Program-made: the position numbers and the translations under genes
Part shown: piece after piece, positions 25,368-27,908 of the stretch
Layout: the number at the start of each line of letters is the position of its first letter
Numbering within the stretch: position 1 is the first letter of the stretch
From: Candidatus Sediminicultor sextus
GTDB taxonomy: Bacteria; Atribacterota; Phoenicimicrobiia; Phoenicimicrobiales; Phoenicimicrobiaceae
Length of the DNA stretch: 27,908 bases
Direction: 5' to 3'
NCBI GenBank assembly: GCA_014894735.1
Contig: JADBKX010000069.1
Span: 1,845-29,752, forward strand
Notes under the pieces: model-generated
Seen by the model: the letters and a program-made list of their open reading frames with translations, nothing else
Told to the model about the DNA's origin: nothing
Database searches by the model: none

Positions 25368-25417
25368 ATAATAATCCCTGCTACTAAAAATAATCAACTC
25401 GTAACAGGGATTATTAT
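25368..25417 (-). terminator. Intercistronic stem-loop between SBP and permease (stabiliser/attenuator)
   Basis: ATAATAATCCCTG (25368-25380) and CAGGGATTATTAT (25405-25417) form a perfect 13-bp stem, 17 bp with one G-U on the transcribed minus strand. Confidence 0.7.
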
Positions 25418-25446
25418 TTCTCTATTATCTGGTTAACTAAATTTAA

Positions 25447-26451
25447 TTATTGTCCAATTCTATCTCTCCAGGCAGTTACCAATTCATCTTTGTGCTCGCC
25501 TGCCCAGATGGCGTCATACTCGATTAATTTTACTTTATCTAAAGTTACAGCACCTTCGGCAACTGTTGCTTTGGGATTAATAGGCAAACGGCTATATTTC
25601 TGGAATAAATCCTGTGCTTGTTTAGTAAAACACCAATCGATAAATTGCTTACCCAATTCAGGTTCAGGACCACCTTTAATTAAAGAAAGACCTCCAACTT
25701 CATAACCAGTTCCTTCTGAGGGGAAGGTCATAACTACCGGATATCCTTCATTTATACCTTTAGCAACGATATCGTGCGAAAAAGCAATTCCCACTGCTAT
25801 TTCACCTAATCCAACCATCGGTATACATCCAGTTCCTGATTTAGTATATTGAAAAATACTTTGTTTATCAAATTCTTCCCACCAGTTCAGAGCTTTTTCC
25901 AGACCAAGCATTTGGATAAGAGTTGCATAAGTAGTATATGAAGTACCAGAAGTATAGGGATAAGCTATAGCAACGTTTTTCTTAAAAGCTGGGTTCAAAA
26001 GTTGAGACCAGGAAGTCGGTGCTTCTACCTTATGTTCCTTTAAAAAATTTATATTAGAAACGAATCCAATGGCACCGGTATAAAATCCTGTCCAGGCCCA
26101 ATCTATAGCATGAAATGATTCTGGCAATTCGAAATCTGTATTAGGTTTGTAAGGTTCCAGTAATCCTTTTTTAGCAGCGTTTATATGATCTGTATTAGAG
26201 CCGGCATGCCAAACACTGGCTTGGGGATTTGCGGATTCTGCTTCCATTCGAGCTGCAACCTCACCAGAGGACATTCTCACCCATTCCACATCGATTCCAG
26301 TTTCTTTTTCAAAAGCCTCAATGTAATACTGGGCCTCTTCGGTATCAAATGCTGTATACATATGAAGCACCTTACCTGCTGCCAGACCCGTTGCAAACAC
26401 GCTACCTACCATAACCATGATTAATAACAATACTAAAGTTAACCTTTTCAT
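25447..26451 (-). CDS. ABC solute-binding protein, AfuA/InoE-like (sugar- or inositol-phosphate binding predicted)
   Basis: Start moved to ATG 26451 behind GAGGAGG; Sec-type signal peptide without a lipobox Cys; NPQASVW, TSGTSYT, YTKSG, FSHD, EGTGYEVGG motifs. Confidence 0.88.
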   Translation of the reverse strand: MKRLTLVLLLIMVMVGSVFATGLAAGKVLHMYTAFDTEEAQYYIEAFEKETGIDVEWVRMSSGEVAARMEAESANPQASVWHAGSNTDHINAAKKGLLEPYKPNTDFELPESFHAIDWAWTGFYTGAIGFVSNINFLKEHKVEAPTSWSQLLNPAFKKNVAIAYPYTSGTSYTTYATLIQMLGLEKALNWWEEFDKQSIFQYTKSGTGCIPMVGLGEIAVGIAFSHDIVAKGINEGYPVVMTFPSEGTGYEVGGLSLIKGGPEPELGKQFIDWCFTKQAQDLFQKYSRLPINPKATVAEGAVTLDKVKLIEYDAIWAGEHKDELVTAWRDRIGQ

Positions 26452-26607
26452 AAAAAACCTCCTCATTTATTTTTTTTATGATTTTTACCATACAGAATAT
26501 ATAATCTTTATATTCCTGTATATAATATACTACGCTTTTTATTAACCTCCCTTCTTTTTTTATAAATAATTTTAAAAAATTAGAATTTCTCAAAATTATC
26601 TAACCTT

Positions 26608-27651
26608 TTATAATATAAGCAGCCTACCCTGGGGATTAAATTTTGCATACAAGGCTTTTCGTATCTCCTGTTTTTCTCTATAAGATCTTAGGTGATCATA
26701 ACCATCTTCCTGCCAAGGCGGAGAAGTAAAGAGCGCTTGGTTAAATGCCTGTAAAAGTTTATCTTCAAATTCCCCTTTGTACTCCCTCTTTATAAATCGC
26801 TGAAATGCCTGAGGAAAATTATTCCAGGCTCCCAGTTCTTGGCCAGGAGACGTGGGATAAAAAAATCCGTTATTTGCTTTTACTGCTTTTAAATCTCCAC
26901 CACCATCACCGATCATTAATACCTGATCATCTTCATAATTGCCTGCCCTTTTTGCTACTTCAATGTGGTGTCCCTTTGACCCCATTTCCTGACCGGCAAT
27001 AATTTGGACATATCGAGCAATCCCTTGAGCTTCCCAGTAATTTGCTAAATCTGAGTATGGAGTTTTAGAAACAATTAATATATCTGCATATTGAGCCATT
27101 AATTCTAAACATTCTTTTACCTTGTCAAAAGGCGGAATCTTTGCAGAAATATGCGGGAACATTCTATTTACAGCCTCACTCCAACCTAAAAGTTTATATA
27201 AAGACAAATCAAGAGGATTTTGATTTAAATATTCCTCCAAACTTGGATTACCTAATCCTAATTTATTCTCTTTAGTATAGGCGATATATTGGTTTAAAGG
27301 TTTTATATTAGGTAGTTTTATATGTCCTTCTTGTAATACTTGCTGAACATCTGTCCTGTTTTGAAGAGCAGTGAGGGTAAGTTGGATGGCAATAAATCTA
27401 TTACATCCTCTATCCACAGAAAAAAGATTGTAGTATTCAGCAACTTCTCTAAAATAAGACTCGATGCCACATAACTGATAAAATTCCATAAATTGTGGAT
27501 GAAAAATCAACATCTGTTTTCCATTCATATTATCAGTAACACAACCATCGGTATCGATAGCTATTAAAAAATCTTTTGTTCTTTTAAATTTTCTTAATTG
27601 TTGTTCTGCATCTTCCTTTATCTGTTTTTCGTTAAGCCTGGGTAAGGCCAT
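26608..27651 (-). CDS. HAD-superfamily phosphatase
   Basis: Motif I IDTDGCVTD, motif II VSKT, motif III SKGHH, motif IV MIGDGGGD. Confidence 0.85.
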   Translation of the reverse strand: MALPRLNEKQIKEDAEQQLRKFKRTKDFLIAIDTDGCVTDNMNGKQMLIFHPQFMEFYQLCGIESYFREVAEYYNLFSVDRGCNRFIAIQLTLTALQNRTDVQQVLQEGHIKLPNIKPLNQYIAYTKENKLGLGNPSLEEYLNQNPLDLSLYKLLGWSEAVNRMFPHISAKIPPFDKVKECLELMAQYADILIVSKTPYSDLANYWEAQGIARYVQIIAGQEMGSKGHHIEVAKRAGNYEDDQVLMIGDGGGDLKAVKANNGFFYPTSPGQELGAWNNFPQAFQRFIKREYKGEFEDKLLQAFNQALFTSPPWQEDGYDHLRSYREKQEIRKALYAKFNPQGRLLIL

Positions 27652-27673
27652 TATTTCATCTCCTTCCTGATAT

Positions 27674-27868
27674 TAGCGTACAGCGGATAGCGTTTAGCGT
27701 ATAGTATAAATCATTTATCAATTTGGTTAGCTAGTTATTTGGTTATTTAGTTAGCCAGTTTGATACTAAATCCTCAACTAACTAACCAGGTAACCAGCTA
27801 ACTATTTCTCAATATCCGCTTTCTTCCTCTTTCTTCGCTATATACTATATACGATATACTATATACTA
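27674..27868. repeat. Nested inverted repeat of 7-mer arrays (outer) and 8-mer arrays (inner)
   Basis: Outer arms 27674-27708 (TAGCGTA CAGCGGA TAGCGTT TAGCGTA TAGTATA) and 27834-27868 (TTCGCTA TATACTA TATACGA TATACTA TATACTA); inner arms 27724-27752 (TGGTTAGC TAGTTATT TGGTTATT TAGTT) and 27774-27804. Confidence 0.85.
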
Positions 27869-27870
27869 AT

Positions 27871-27908
27871 TTATTTTCTATATTCTACTGGTACATATTC
27901 TCCGCATT
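27871..27908 (-). CDS. 3' end of an upstream gene entering from the right edge
   Basis: Minus frame reads ...CGEYVPVEYRK* with TAA at 27871-27873, ending just before the repeat array. Confidence 0.4.
   Translation of the reverse strand, partial: CGEYVPVEYRK

Noticed and set aside
1224-27002. Short or antisense ORFs in the track (e.g. 1224..1427, 1524..1727, 6184..6396, 8675..8866, 11743..11943, 13765..14409, 15903..16199, 19913..20194, 20721..20990, 26402..26593)
   Set aside because: They overlap well-supported genes, lack SD sites and motifs, and read like shadow frames; the 214-aa 13765..14409 is the antisense of ptb.

Overview
AT-rich bacterial window with no rRNA, tRNA, CRISPR array or integrase/transposase. 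Gene content, a non-lipoprotein solute-binding protein and short-period intergenic repeats suggest an anaerobic diderm fermenter such as Atribacterota (inference only). Four blocks: (1) 1-5642, a minus-strand DNA repair cluster nfo-mrfA(yprA)-mrfB(yprB)-radC-NUDIX; (2) about 5.8-11.5 kb, a His/Cys-rich membrane protein and an accessory patch (nuclease-like orphan, pRiA4b ORF-3 protein, SWIM protein, AbiEi/AbiEii type IV toxin-antitoxin); (3) 11.8-18.2 kb, a CoA-disulfide reductase-rhodanese followed by a broken ArsR gene fused head-on to an iorA-iorB-buk-ptb operon; (4) 18.2-27.7 kb, the most interesting block: two paralogous ribokinase-family kinases with the pyrophosphate-dependent (TM0415-type) signature, a TIM-barrel epimerase/isomerase, a metal-motif orphan, an AfuABC/InoE-type sugar-phosphate ABC importer and a HAD phosphatase, together a candidate PPi-driven cyclitol/sugar-phosphate pathway. 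A nested inverted repeat built from 7-mer and 8-mer tandem units lies at the right end. All calls come from motif reading and recall; no searches were run.
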